DNA of 64,000 bases from Octopus sinensis. Taxonomy: Eukaryota. A program made the position numbers and the translations under genes. The DNA lies in NCBI RefSeq assembly GCF_006345805.1, contig NC_042997.1:36704001-36768000 (forward strand). The letters run 5' to 3'. Positions 37,901-52,300 of this stretch are shown one piece after another (the first letter of the stretch is position 1; each line of letters begins with the position of its first letter). The notes beneath the pieces are model-generated. The model was not told the origin of the DNA. It did no database searches and worked only from the letters and a program-made list of their open reading frames with translations.

Positions 37901-40900
37901 GATGATGAAAATGTTTGATGCAAATGTTTAATGATAAATGTTGGATAAAAAATATTGATGAAAATGTTTGATGAAAATGTTTGATCATAAATGTTTAATG
38001 AAAATGTTTGATGATAAATGCTTGATGAAAAATGTTTCATGAAAATGTTTCATGAATCAAATATGATGAAAAATATTTTATGAAAATGTTTGATGAAAAT
38101 GTTTCATGAAAAAGTTTCCTTAAATTTTTGATGAAAATGTTTACTGATGTTGCTGAAAAATGTTTAATGAATATGTGTGATGATAAATTTTTGATGAAAA
38201 TGTTTCATGAAAATATATGATGAAAATGTTTGATGCAAATGTTTAATGATAAATGTTGGATAAAATATGTTTGATGGAATGTTTGATCATAAATGTTTCA
38301 TGAAAATATTTGTAGAAAATGTTTGATGATAAATGTTTGATGAACATGTTTGATGAAAAATGTTTGATGAAAATGTTTGATGAAAATGTTTGATCATAAA
38401 TGTTTCATGAAAATGTTTGAGGATAAATGTTTGATGAAAATATTTGATGAAAATATTTGATGAAAAATGTTTGATGAAAATGTTTGATGAAAATGTTCGA
38501 CGAAAATGTTCGACGAAAATGCTCAACGAAAATATTCGACGAAAATGTTTGAAGAAAATGTTTGACGAAAATGTTTGACGAAAATGTTTGATGAAAATCG
38601 TCGATGAAAATGTATAATGATAAATGTTTGATGAAAATGGTTGATGAAAATGTTTGAGTAAATTTTTGATGAAAATATTTAATGATAAATGTTGCATGAA
38701 AAATATTTGATGAAAATGTTTGATTAAATGTTTGATGAAAATGTTTCATGAAAATATTTGGTGAAAATATTTAGATGAAAATTGTTGAGATGAAAATGTT
38801 TGATGAAAATGTTTGATGATAAATGTTTGATGAAAATGTTTCATGAAAATTGTTGATGAAAATGTATTATGATAAATCTATGATGAAAATGTTTAATGAT
38901 AAATGTTGGATGAAAAATATTTGCTGAAAATGCTTGATGAAAATGTTTGATCACAAATGTTTCATGAATATGTTTGATGAAAATATTTGATGAAAATATT
39001 TTGATGAAAAATGTTGAGACGAAAATGTTTGATGAAAATGTTTGATGATAAATGTTTGATGGAAATGTTTGATGATAAATGTTTGATGAAAATGTTTCAT
39101 GAAAATATTTGATGAAAATGTTTGATGCAAATGTTTAATGATAAATGTTGGATAAAAAATATTTGATGAAAATGTTTGATGAAAATGTTTGATCATAAAT
39201 GTTTAATGAAAATGTTTGATGATAAATGCTTGATGAAAAATGTTTCATGAAAATGTTTCATGAATCAAATATGATGAAAAATATTTTATGAAAATGTTTG
39301 ATGAAAATGTTTCATGAAAAAGTTTCCTTAAATTTTTGATGAAAATGTTTACTGATGTTTGCTGAAAAATGTTTAATGAATATGTGTGATGATAAATTTT
39401 TGATGAAAATGTTTCATGAAAATATATGATGAAAATGTTTGATGCAAATGTTTAATGATAAATGTTGGATAAAATATGTTTGATGGAAATGTTTGATCAT
39501 AAATGTTTCATGAAAATATTTGTAGAAAATGTTTGATGATAAATGTTTGATGAACATGTTTGATGAAAAATGTTTGATGAAAATGTTTGATGAAAATGTT
39601 TGATCATAAATGTTTCATGAAAATGTTTGAGGATAAATGTTTGATGAAAATATTTGATGAAAATATTTGATGAAAAATGTTTGATGAAAATGTTTGATGA
39701 AAATGTTCGACGAAAATGTTCGACGAAAATGCTCAACGAAAATATTCGACGAAAATGTTTGAAGAAAATGTTTGACGAAAATGTTTGACGAAAATGTTTG
39801 ATGAAAATCGTCGATGAAAATGTATAATGATAAATGTTTGATGAAAATGTTTGATGAAAATGTTTGAGTAAATTTTTGATGAAAATATTTAATGATAAAT
39901 GTTTGCGGAAAATGTTTGTTGAAAATGTTCGTTCAAATTGTTTGTGATGAAAATGATGGATGAAAATGTTTGATGAAAATGTTCGACGAAAATGTTCGAC
40001 GAAAATCTTCAACGAAAATGTTCGACGAAAATGTTTGTCGAAAATGTTTGACGAAAATGTTTGACGAAAATGTTTGATGAAAATTGTTAATGAAAATGTA
40101 TAATGATAAATGTTTGATGAATACATTTGATGAAAAATGTTTGATGAAAATGTTTGATGAAAATGTTTGATGATAAATGTTTGATGAAAAATGTTTCATG
40201 AAAATGTTTAATGAAAATATTTGATGAAAATATTTGATGAAAATGTTTGATGAAAATGTTTGATGAATATGTTTGATTAAATTTTTGATGAAAATGTTTA
40301 ATGACGTTTGCTGAAAAATGATAGATGAAAATGTTTGATGAAAATATTTGATGAAAATGTTTCATGAAAATGTTCGACGAAATTGTTCGACGAAAATGTT
40401 CGACGAAAATGTTTGACGAAAATTGTTGATGAAAATGTATAATGATAAATGTTTGATGACATGTTTAATGATAAATGTTCCATGAAAAATATTTGATGAA
40501 AATGTTTGATTAAATGTTTGATAAAAATGTTTCATGAAAATATTTGATGAAAATATTTAGATTAAAAATGTTGAGATGAAAATGTTTAATGAAAATGTTT
40601 GATGATAAATGTTTGATGAAAATGTTTCATGAAAATTGTTGATGAAAATGTATAATGATAAATGTTTGATGAAAATGTTTAATGATAAAAGTTGGATGAA
40701 AAATATTTGCTGAAAATGCTTGATGAAAATGTTTGATCACAAATGTTTCATGAATATGTTTGATGAAAATATTTGATGAAAATATTTTGATGAAAAATGT
40801 TGAGACGAAAATGTTTGATGAAAATGTTTGATAAATGTTTGATGAAAATGTTTCATGAAAATATTTGATGAAAATGTTTGATGCAAATGTTTAATGATAA

Positions 40901-43900
40901 ATGTTGGATAAAAAATATTTGATGAAATGTTTGATGAAAATGTTTGATCATAAATTTTAATGAAAATGTTTGATGATAAATGCTTGATGAAAAATGTTTC
41001 ATGAAAATGTTTCATGAATCAAATATGATGAAAAATATTTTATGAAAATGTTTGATGAAAATGTTTCATGAAAAAGTTTCCTTAAATTTTTGATGAAAAT
41101 GTTTACTGATGTTTGCTGAAAAATGTTTAATGAATATGTGTGATGATAAATGTTTGATGAAAATGTTTCATGAAAATATATGATGAAAATGTTTGATGCA
41201 AATGTTTAATGATAAATGTTGGATAAAAAATGTTTGATGAAAATGTTTGATCATAAATGTTTCATGAAAATATTTGTAGAAAATGTTTGATGATAAATGT
41301 TTGATGAACATGTTTGATGAAAAATGTTTGATGAAAATGTTTGATGAAAATGTTTGATCATAAATGTTTCATGAAAATGTTTGAGGATAAATGTTTGATG
41401 AAAATATTTGATGAAAATATTGGATGAAAAATGTTTGATGAAAATGTTTGATGAAAATGTTCGACGAAAATGTTTGACGAAAATATTTGATGAAAAATTG
41501 TTAATGAAAATGTTTCATGAAAATGTTTAATGAAAATATTTGATGAAAATATTTGATGAAAATGTTTGATGAAAATGTTTGATGATAAATGTTTGATTAA
41601 ATTTTTGATGAAAATGTTTAATGATGTTTGCTGAAAAATGATAGATGAAAATGTTTGATGAAAATGTTCGACGAAAATGTTTGACGAAAATATTTGATGA
41701 AAAATTGTTAATGAAAATGTTTCATGAAAATGTTTAATGAAAATATTTGATGAAAATATTTGATGAAAATGTTTGATGAAAATGTTTGATGATAAATGTT
41801 TGATTAAATTTTTGATGAAAATGTTTAATGATGTTTGCTGAAAAATGATAGATGAAAATGTTTGATGAAAATATTTGATGAAAATGTTTGATGAAAATGT
41901 TCGACGAATTTGTTCGACGAAAATGTTCGGCGGAAATGTTTGATGAAAATGTTCGACGAAAATGTTTGACGAAAATTGTTGATGAAAATGTATAATGATA
42001 AATGTTTGATGACATGTTTAATGATAAATGTTGCATGAAAAATATTTGCTGAAAATGTTTGATTAAATGTTTGATAAAAATGTTTCATGAAAATATTTGA
42101 TGAAAATATTTAGATAAAATGTTGAGATGAAAATGTTTAATGAAAATGTTTGATGATAAATGTTGATGAAAATGTTTCATGAAAATTGTTGATGAAAATG
42201 TATAATGATAAATGTTTGATGAAAATGTTTAATGATAAAAGTTGGATGAAAAATATTTGCTGAAAATGCTTGATGAAAATGTTTGATCACAAATGTTTCA
42301 TGAATATGTTTGATGAAAATGTTTGATGAAAATATTTTGATGAAAAATGTTGAGATGAAAATGTTTGATGAAAATGTTTGATGATAAATGTTTGATGAAA
42401 ATTTTTGATGATAAATGTTTCATGAAAATGTTTCATGAAAATATTTGATGAAAATGTTTGATGCAAATGTTTAATGATAAATGTTGCATAAAAAATATTT
42501 AATGAAAATTGTTTGATGAAAATGATGGATGAAAATGTTTGATGAAAATGTTCGACGAAAATGTTCGACGAAAATGTTCAACGAAAATGTTCGACAAAAA
42601 TGTTTGTCGAAAATGTTTGACGAAAATGTTTGACGAAAATGTTTCATGAAAATTGTTAATGAAAATGTATAATGATAAATGTTTGATGAAAATGTTTGAT
42701 GAAAATGTTTGATCATAAATGTTTCATGAAAATGTTTGATGATAAATGTTTGATGAAACATGTTTCATGAAAATGTTTGATGAAAAATGTTTCATGAAAA
42801 TGTTTCATGAAAATATTTGGTGAAAATATTTGATGAAAATGTTTGATGAAAATGTTTGATTAAATTTTTGATGAAAATGTTTAATGATGCTTGCTGAAAA
42901 ATGTTTGATGAAAATGTTTGATGAAAATGTTTGATGAAAATGTTTGATGAAAAGGTTTGATGAAAATTTTTGATGGAAATGTTTGATGAAAATGTTTGAT
43001 TAAATTTTTGATGAAAATGTTTAATGATGTTTGCTGAAAAATGTTTGATGAAAATGTTTGATGAAAAGGTTTGATGAAAATTTTTGATGAAAATGTTTGA
43101 TGATAAATGTTTGATGAAAATGCTTGATGAAAATGTTTGATCACAAATGTTTCATGAAAATGTTTGATGAAAATATTTGATGATAAATGGTTGATGAAAA
43201 ATGTTTGATGAAAATGTTTCATGAAAATATTTGATGAAAATGTTTGACGAAAATTGTTGATGAAAATGTATAATGATAAATGTTTGATGGAAATGTTTGA
43301 TGAATATATTTGATGAAAAATGTTTGATGAAAATGTTTGATGAAAATATTTGATGAAAATGTTTGATGAAAATGTTCGACGAAATTGTTCCACGAAAATG
43401 TTCGACGAAAATGTTTGATGAAAATGTTCGACGAAAATGTCTGACGAAAATTGTTGATGAAAATGTATTATGATAAATGACATGTTTAATGATAAATGTT
43501 GCATGAAAAATATTTGATGAAAATGTTTGATTAAATGTTTGATGAAAATGTTTCATGAAAATATTTGATGAAAATATTTTGATGAAAAATGTTGAGATGA
43601 AAATGTTTGATGAAAATGTTTGATGATAAATGTTTGATGAAAATGTTTCATGAAAATATTTGATGACAATGTTTGATGCAAATGTTTAATGATAAATGTT
43701 GGATAAAAAATATTTTATGAAAATTTTTGATGAAAACGTTTCATGAAAAAGTTTCCTTAAATTTTTGATGAAAATGTTTACTGATGTTTGCTGAAAAATG
43801 TTTAATGAAAATGTTTGATGATAAATGTTTGATGAAAATGTTTCATGAAAATATATGATGAAAATGTTTGATGCAAATGTTTAATGATAAATGTTGGATA

Positions 43901-46900
43901 AAAAATGTTTGATGAAAATGTTTGATCATAAATGTTTCATGAAAATATTTGTGGAAAATGTTTGATGATAAATGTTTGATGAAAATGTTTGATGAAAAAT
44001 GTTTGATGAAAATGTTTGATGAAAATGTTTAATCATAAATATTTCATGAAAATGTTTGAGGATAAATGTTTGATGAAAGATGTTTCATGAAAATGTTTGA
44101 TGAAAATGTTTGATGAAAATGTTTGATGAAAATGTTTGATGAAAATGTTTGATCATAAATGTTTCATGAAAATGTTTGATGATAAATGCTTGATGAAAAT
44201 GTTTGATGAAAATGTTTCATGAAAATATTTGATGAAAATATTTGATGAAAACGTTTCATGAAAAAGTTTCCTTAAATTTTTGATGAAAATGTTTACTGAT
44301 GTTTGCTGAAAAATGTTTAATGAAAATGTTTGATGATAAATGTTTGATGAAAATGTTTCATGAAAATATATGATGAAAATGTTTGATGCAAATGTTTAAT
44401 GATAAATGTTGGATAAAAAATGTTTGATGAAAATGTTTGATCATAAATGTTTCATGAAAATATTTGTGGAAAATGTTTGATGATAAATGTTTGATGAAAA
44501 TGTTTGATGAAAAATGTTTGATGAAAATGTTTGATGAAAATGTTTAATCATAAATATTTCATGAAAATGTTTGAGGATAAATGTTTGATGAAAGATGTTT
44601 CATGAAAATGTTTGATGAAAATGTTTGATGAAAAATGTTTGATGAAAATGTTTGATGAAAATGTTTGATCATAAATGTTTCATGAAAATGTTTGATGATA
44701 AATGCTTGATGAAAAATGTTTGATGAAAATGTTTCATGAAAATATTTGATGAAAATATTTAATGAAAATGTTTGATGAAAATGTTTGATTAAATTTTTGA
44801 TGAAAATGTTTAATGATGTTTGCTGAAAAATGTTTGATGAAAATGTTTGATGAAAATGTTTGATGAAAATGTTTGATGAAAAGGTTTGATGAAAATTTTT
44901 GATGAAAATGTTTGATGAAAATGTTTGATTAAATTTTTGATGAAAATGTTTCATGATATTTGCTGAAAAATGTTTGATGAAAATGTTTGATGAAAAGGTT
45001 TGATGAAAATTTTTGATGAAAATGTTCGACGAAAATGTTCAACGAAAATGTTCGACGAAAATGTTTGTCGAAAATGTTTGACGAAAATGTTTGACGAAAA
45101 TGTTTGATGAAAATTGTTAATGAAAATGTATAATGATAAATGTTTGATGAATACATTTGATGAAAAACGTTTCATGAAAATGTTTCATGAAAATGTTTGA
45201 TGAAAAATATTTGATGAACATGTTTCATGAAAATATTTGATGAAAATATTTGAAAATGTTTGAAAATGTTTGATGAAAATGTTTGATTAAATTTTTGATG
45301 AAAATGTTTAATGATGTTTGCTGAAAAATAATAGATGAAAATGTTTAATGAAAATGTTTGACGAATACATTTGATGAAAAATGTTTGATGAAAATGTTTG
45401 ATGAAAATATTTCATCATAAATGTTTCATGAAAATGTTTGATGAAAATGTTTGATGAAAATGTTTCATGAAAATATTTGATGAAAATGTTTGATGAAAAT
45501 GTTTGATGAAAATGTTTGATGAAAATGTTTGATGAAAAGGTTTCATGGAAATTTTTGATGAAAATGTTCGACGAAAATGTTCGACGAAAATGTTCAACGA
45601 AAATGTTCGACGAAAATGTTTGACGAAAATGTTTGATGAAAATTGTTGATGAAAATGTATAATGATAAATGTTTGGTTAAATTTTTGATGAAAATGTTTA
45701 ATGTTTGCTGAAAAATGTTTGATGAAAATGTTTGATGAAAATGTTTGATGAAAAGGTTTTTTTGATGAAAATGCTTGATGAAAATGTTTGATTAAATTTT
45801 TGATGAAAATGTTTAATGATGTTTGCTGAAAAATGTTTGATGAAAATGTTTGATGAAAATGTTTGATGAAAATGTTTGATGAAAATTTTTGATGAAAATG
45901 TTCGACGAAAATGTTCAACGAAAATGTTCGACGAAAATGTTTGTCGAAAATGTTTGACGAAAATGTTTGACGAAAATGTTTGATGAAAATTGTTAATGAA
46001 AATGTATAATGATAAATGTTTGATGAATACATTTGATGAAAAACGTTTCATGAAAATGTTTGATGATAAATGTTTGATGAAAAATATTTGATGAAAATGT
46101 TTCATGAAAATATTTGATGAAAATATTTGAAAATGTTTGAAAATGTTTGATGAAAATATTTGATTAAATTTTTGATGAAAATGTTTAATGATGTTTGCTG
46201 AAAAATAATAGATGAAAATGTTTGATGAAAATGTTTGACGAATACATTTGATGAAAAATGTTTGATGAAAATGTTTGATGAAAATGTTTCATCATAAATG
46301 TTTCATGAAAATGTTTGATGATAAATGTTTGATGAAAAATGTTTGATGAAAATGTTTCATGAAAATATTTGATGAAAATATTTGATGAAAATGTTTGATG
46401 AAAATGTTTGATGAAAATGTTTGATGGAAATTTTTGATGAAAATGTTCGACGAAAATGTTCGACGAAAATGTTCGACGAAAATGTTCAACGAAAATGTTC
46501 GACGAAAATGTTTGACGAAAATGTTTGATGAAAATTGTTGATGAAAATGTATAATGATAAATGTTTGATTAAATTTTTGATGAAAATGTTTAATGTTTGC
46601 TGAAAAATGTTTGATGAAAATGTTTGATGAAAATGTTTGATGAAAAGGATTGATGGAAATTTTTGATGAAAATGTTCGACGAAAATGATCGACGAAAATG
46701 TTCAACGAAAATGTTCGACGAAAATGTTTGACGAAAATGTTTGATGAAAATTGTTGATGAAAATGTATAATGATAAATGTTTGAAAATGTATTATGAAAA
46801 TGTTTGATGAATATATTTGATGAAAATATGTATAATGAAAATGTTTGATCATAAATGTTTGATGGAAATGTTTGATGAAAATGTTTTATTAAATTTTTGA

Positions 46901-49900
46901 TGAAAATATTTAATGATAAATGTTTGCGGAAAATGTTTGCTGAAAATGTTTGATGAAATTGTTTGATGAAAATCTTTGATGAAAATGTTTGATGAAAATC
47001 TTGATGAAAATGTTTGCTCATAAATGTTTGATGAAAAATGGTTGATGAATATCTTTGATGAAGATGTTTGATGATAAATGTTTGATGAAAATGTTGATGA
47101 AAATGTTTGATTAAATTTACTTGATGAAAATGTTGAATTAAATTGTTTCATGAAAATGTTTGATGAAAATGTTTGATGAAAATGTTTGATTAAATTTTTG
47201 ATGAAAATGTTTAATGATGTTTGCTGAAAAATGTTTGATGAAAATGTTTGATGAAAAGGTTTGACGAAAATGTTTGACGAAAATGTTCAACGAAAATGTT
47301 CGACGAAAATGTTTGTCAAAAATGTTTGACGAAAATGTTTGACGAAAATGTTTGATGAAAATTGTTAATGAAAATGTATAATGATAAATGTTTGATGAAT
47401 ACATTTGATGAAAAACGTTTGATGAAAATGTTTGATGAAAATGTTTGATCATAAATATTTCATGAAAATGCTTGTTGATAAATGTTTGATGAAAAATATT
47501 TGATGAAAATGTTTCATGAAAATATTTGATGAAAATATTTGAAAATGTTTGAAAATGTTTGATGAAAATGTTTGATTAAATTTTTGATGAAAATGTTTAA
47601 TGATGTTTGCTGAAAAATAATAGATGAAAATGTTTGATGGAAATTTTTGATGAAAATGTTCGACGAAAATGTTCGACAAAAATGTTCGACGAAAATGTTC
47701 AACGAAAATGTTCGACGAAAATGTTTGACGAAAATGTTTGATGAAAATTGTTGATGAAAATGTATAATGCTAAATGTTTGAAAATGTTTGATGAAAAGTT
47801 TGATGAAAATATGTATAATGAAAATGTTTGATCATAAATGTTTGATGGAAATGTTTGATGAATATGTTTGATTAAATTTTTGATGAAAATATTTAATGAT
47901 AAATGTTTGCGGAAAATGTTTGCTGAAAATGTTTGATGAAATTGTTTGATGAAAATCTTTGATGAAAATGTTTGATGAAAATCTTTGATGAAAATGTTTG
48001 CTCATAAATGTTTGATGAAAAATGGTTGATGAATATCTTTGATGAAGATGTTTGATGATAAATGTTTGATTAAATGTTTGATGAAAATGTTTGATTAAAT
48101 TTACTTGATGAAAATGTTTGAATTAAATTGTTTCATGAAAATGTTTGATGAAAATGTTTGATGAAAATGTTTGATTAAATTTTTGATGAAAATGTTTAAT
48201 GATGTTTGCTGAAAAATGTTTGATGAAAATGTTTGATGAAAAGGTTTGACGAAAATGTTGACGAAAATGTTCAACGAAAATGTTCGACGAAAATGTTTGT
48301 CAAAAATGTTTGACGAAAATGTTTGACGAAAATGTTTGATGAAAATTGTTAATGAAAATGTATAATGATAAATGTTTGATGAATACATTTGATGAAAAAC
48401 GTTTGATGAAAATGTTTGATGAAAATGTTTGATCATAAATATTTCATGAAAATGCTTGTTGATAAATGTTTGATGAAAATATTTGATGAAAATGTTTCAT
48501 GAAAATATTTGATGAAAATATTTGAAAATGTTTGAAAATGTTTGATGAAAATGTTTGATTAAATTTTTGATGAAAATGTTTAATGATGTTTGCTGAAAAA
48601 TAATAGATGAAAATGTTTGATGGAAATTTTTGATGAAAATGTTCGACGAAAATGTTCGACAAAAATGTTCGACGAAAATGTTCAACGAAAATGTTCGACG
48701 AAAATGTTTGACGAAAATGTTTGATGAAAATTGTTGATGAAAATGTATAATGCTAAATGTTTGAAAATGTATTATGAAAATGTTTGATGAAAATATGTAT
48801 AATGAAAATGTTTGATCATAAATGTTTGATGGAAATGTTTGATGAATATGTTTGATTAAATTTTTGATGAAAATATTTAATGATAAATGTTTGCGGAAAA
48901 TGTTTGCTGAGAATGTTTGATGAAATTGTTTGATGAAAATGTTGGATGAAAATGTTTGATGAAAATCTTTCATGAAAATGTTTGCTCATAAATGTTTGAT
49001 GAAAAATGGTTGATGAAAATCTTTGATGAAAATGTTTGATGATAAATGTTTGATTAAATGTTTGATGTAAATGTTTGATGATAAATGTTTGATGAAAAAT
49101 GTTTGATTAAATTACTTGATGAAAATGTTTGATGAAAATTGTTTGATGAAAATGTTTGATGAAAATGTTTGATGAAAATGTTTGATTAAATTTTTGATGA
49201 AAATGTTTAATGATGTTTGCTGAAAAATGTTTGATGAAGATGTTTGATGAAAATGTTTGATCATAAATGTTTCATGAAAATATTTGTAGAAAATGTTTGA
49301 TGATAAATGTTTGATGAAAATCTTTGATGAAAATTGTTTGATGAAAATGTTTGATGAAAATGTTTGATCATAAATGTTTCATGAAAATGTTTGAGGATAA
49401 ATTTTTGATAAAAAATGTTTCTTGAAAATGTTTGATGAAAATGTTTCATGAAAATATTGATGAAAATATTTGATGAAAAATGTTGATGAAAATGTATAAT
49501 GATAAATGTTTGAAAATGTATTATGAAAATGTTTGATGAATATATGATGAAAATATGTATAATTAAAATGTTTGATCATAAATGTTTGATGGAAATGTTT
49601 GATGAAAATGTTTGATTAAATTTTTGATGAAAATATTTATTGATAAATGTTCGCGGAAAATGTTTGCTGAAAATGTTTGATGAAATTGTTTGATGAAAAT
49701 GTTTCATGAAAATGTTTGATGAAAATCTTTGATGAAAATGTTTGCTCATTAATGTTTGATGAAAAATGGTTGATGAAAATCTTTGATGAAAATGTTTGGT
49801 GATAAATGTTTGATTAAATGTTTGATGAAAATGTTTGATGATTAATGTTTGATGAAAAATGTTTGATTAAATTTCTTGATGAAAATGTTTGATGAAAATT

Positions 49901-49952
49901 GTTTGATGAAAATGTTTGATGAAAATTTTGATGATAAACGTTTGATGAAAAT
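31978..49952 (+). repeat. ~18 kb satellite of 13-bp monomer (GATGAAAATGTTT)n with higher-order repeats
   Basis: Continuous monomers with variants GACGAAAATGTTC, GATGATAAATGTTT, CATGAAAATATTT and GATTAAATTTTT; repeated variant blocks at about 1450, 1210, 985 and 515 bp periods. Confidence 0.98.
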
Positions 49953-52300
49953 TGAGGCAGTAAATAGACGAGGCTTATTTGTAAATTGATAGCTCTCAAG
50001 CAGGACTAAATGACGTCAGTGGGAAACTCCCTCTTCAGATGCGAATAATCGAGAAAAACAAGTTACCGGAACCAAAATAAAATTAACCGAAGCCAAACAT
50101 ATGTATTCATAGACAGGGGAGGAGAAGCATTAAACATCACAGAAGCACTTTCACAAGACGACATACACTCCTTCTTGAGGAAAATCTGGAGCGAAGAGAA
50201 TGAATTTAATCAAAATGCTCTGTGGCTAGAAGAAATTGGAATAAGTTATAGGCTCTTCTTTACATGCAAGACATAAAAAAATTGACGCTGATACCTTTGT
50301 AACTGTGATCCATAAACTTCAGAATGAAAAAACACTTGGAAGAGACTTCATTGTCGGTTACTGGTACAAAAGTGTAACCTTCTACTGTTCATAACTTATT
50401 AATCGGTACCAGCAAGTTCTCAATGAGAATAGTAGGATACCACACATGCTAGCTCTGGCAGAGACAAAACTGACCCCCAAATGCAGAACCACCCACATGG
50501 CCAAAAACTACTGGCCAATTGCGTGCCGGAAATTAATGTTTAAAATATATACTGCGTGTAAATTTCTTCCTCCAAGACAATTCTGAAAGTTATATAATCA
50601 CAACAGAACAAGCGGCCGGGAAGGAGAGTGTCTGGAGATGTGCCGAGCATCTGTCAATTAGCAAAACTATAATGTCAGAGGTGCGGCAGCATAGGACGAA
50701 TTTCATTTCAACGTGTCTTGACTGCAACAAAAGTCTTTGAGTCTATCCCCCACTTACAGATGCTAGAAGCCCTTCTACTTGATAAAATGCCGATGAGCAT
50801 AGTCAAAGCCATAGCTGACATCGTGGTCCACCATCTTGAAGTAAAATACAAGGTGGTACTCTATTAAAAGTGATAGGATACAAGGAGGTACTGTATTATA
50901 AGTGATAGAATACAATATTCTACGGGCACAGCCCCTCTGTGATGTTACGTATACTTTCTGTTAACCCCTTGCCATTCGTGTTAAGAAAGTCACAAGAATA
51001 TCTCACTGGTTCATAAGGGAAGAGAAATACCAAAATTACGCACTGTTTCTTTGCAGAACGGATATTCATGAGATGAAAAAGAGCATTGACCTGGTTACAA
51101 GATTCTCAAAGGATGTAGAACTGGAGTTGGTCAGGATAAAGGTTGCTATATGGTTGTAAAAAGAGGGAAAAGTATAAACCATACTAGCAACATCTCCATC
51201 AATGTTTTAACTGTTTCCCCTATATCTGATGTGGAATGCTACAGGTATCTAGGAGTGGATGAAAACATATCTTACAACGGTGCCTGTAACAAAACACGTG
51301 TCACTAAAGATTATTACAATCAAATAAGGAAAATTTGGTCCTCGGATCGCTCTGCATTGAATAAAAGAATTGGGGTGCTTGAGTGGACGTTTGATGAGAT
51401 CCGAATTAAAGATGAAAAAACGCTGATATAATTTTTACATCAACACTGACGTAGACCACCAATGCCAAAAATGAAAACAAGGCTGCAGAGGCTTAACATC
51501 AACGCAGACTGGCTTTGAATGTCATATTATAACCATTCGGCAAGATCATTTAACCACCAAGTATCGAAGTGCATCCCTTGACCAAGTTTGCATACATGAG
51601 GCTGATAACGCTACGAAACTTGGAAAGCAACAACATGAGCAGCATTCCTTCTCTAATAATCTTCAATACATTCACAAAGAAGTCGCTCGACTCTACCACA
51701 ATGTATCATCAGATAAAAAGATGAGCAAATATGAGCAGAAGATCACGCATGGATATGTTATTATAAAGCTCCGTGATAATGGTAACATTGATCATCGAAG
51801 CAGTCTATCGCGGACCAAAAACCGAATTACAGTCACTTAGAATGTTATGTATTTGCAATCTAGGAACAGGAAATATCATCCAAATATCTGATAGACAAAA
51901 GAGACGGGGATGCAGGAAAAGCTGTAAAATATGATAACCTATGCAGACTTAGTGGAGTTAACATCAAAGATTGGTTCCACATCGTCAGGATTGGTCCGTA
52001 AATTTCATCACTGTATGATCTACCTATGACATATGATGTTGTAGCTAGGACACTGTATAATGAGATCCGTCGGAAGGATAACCGCGAGAACAAAGAAATA
52101 AGAACCCACAATATGGTGGAAGCTATAGTCAATCAAAACAAAAAGGAGTACTAGAGGAATGTCCCAGTGTAAACCTCAATAAAATGTAAACACATTACAT
52201 TTGATATAATTATTTGGGACAAAAAAGAGAAACAGCGTACTGCTGTTCAAATCAGATACCCACCAGAGGTTAACAGACAGCTAAAGTTTAGCAAAAAAGG
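49953..52300 (+). mobile_element. Degenerate R4/Dong/NeSL-type non-LTR retrotransposon (RT + C-terminal region)
   Basis: Translated remnants in correct order with many stops and frameshifts: DDIHSFLRKIWSEENEFNQNALWLEEI, KNYWPIAC, FESIPH, YRYLGVDE, KIWSSDRSALNK, GVLEWTFDEI, GCRGL, EQEISSKYL, NLCRL...FHIV, DVVARTLY, DIIIWDK. Confidence 0.85.

Noticed and set aside
31978-49952. CRISPR-like or CENP-B-box interpretation of the array
   Set aside because: No unique spacers between repeats and no full CENP-B box motif; eukaryotic satellite context.
32115-49999. Dozens of minus-strand ORFs rich in KHFHQTFSSNIFI
   Set aside because: Translation of the 13-bp satellite (three monomers give a 13-residue period); no evidence of coding.
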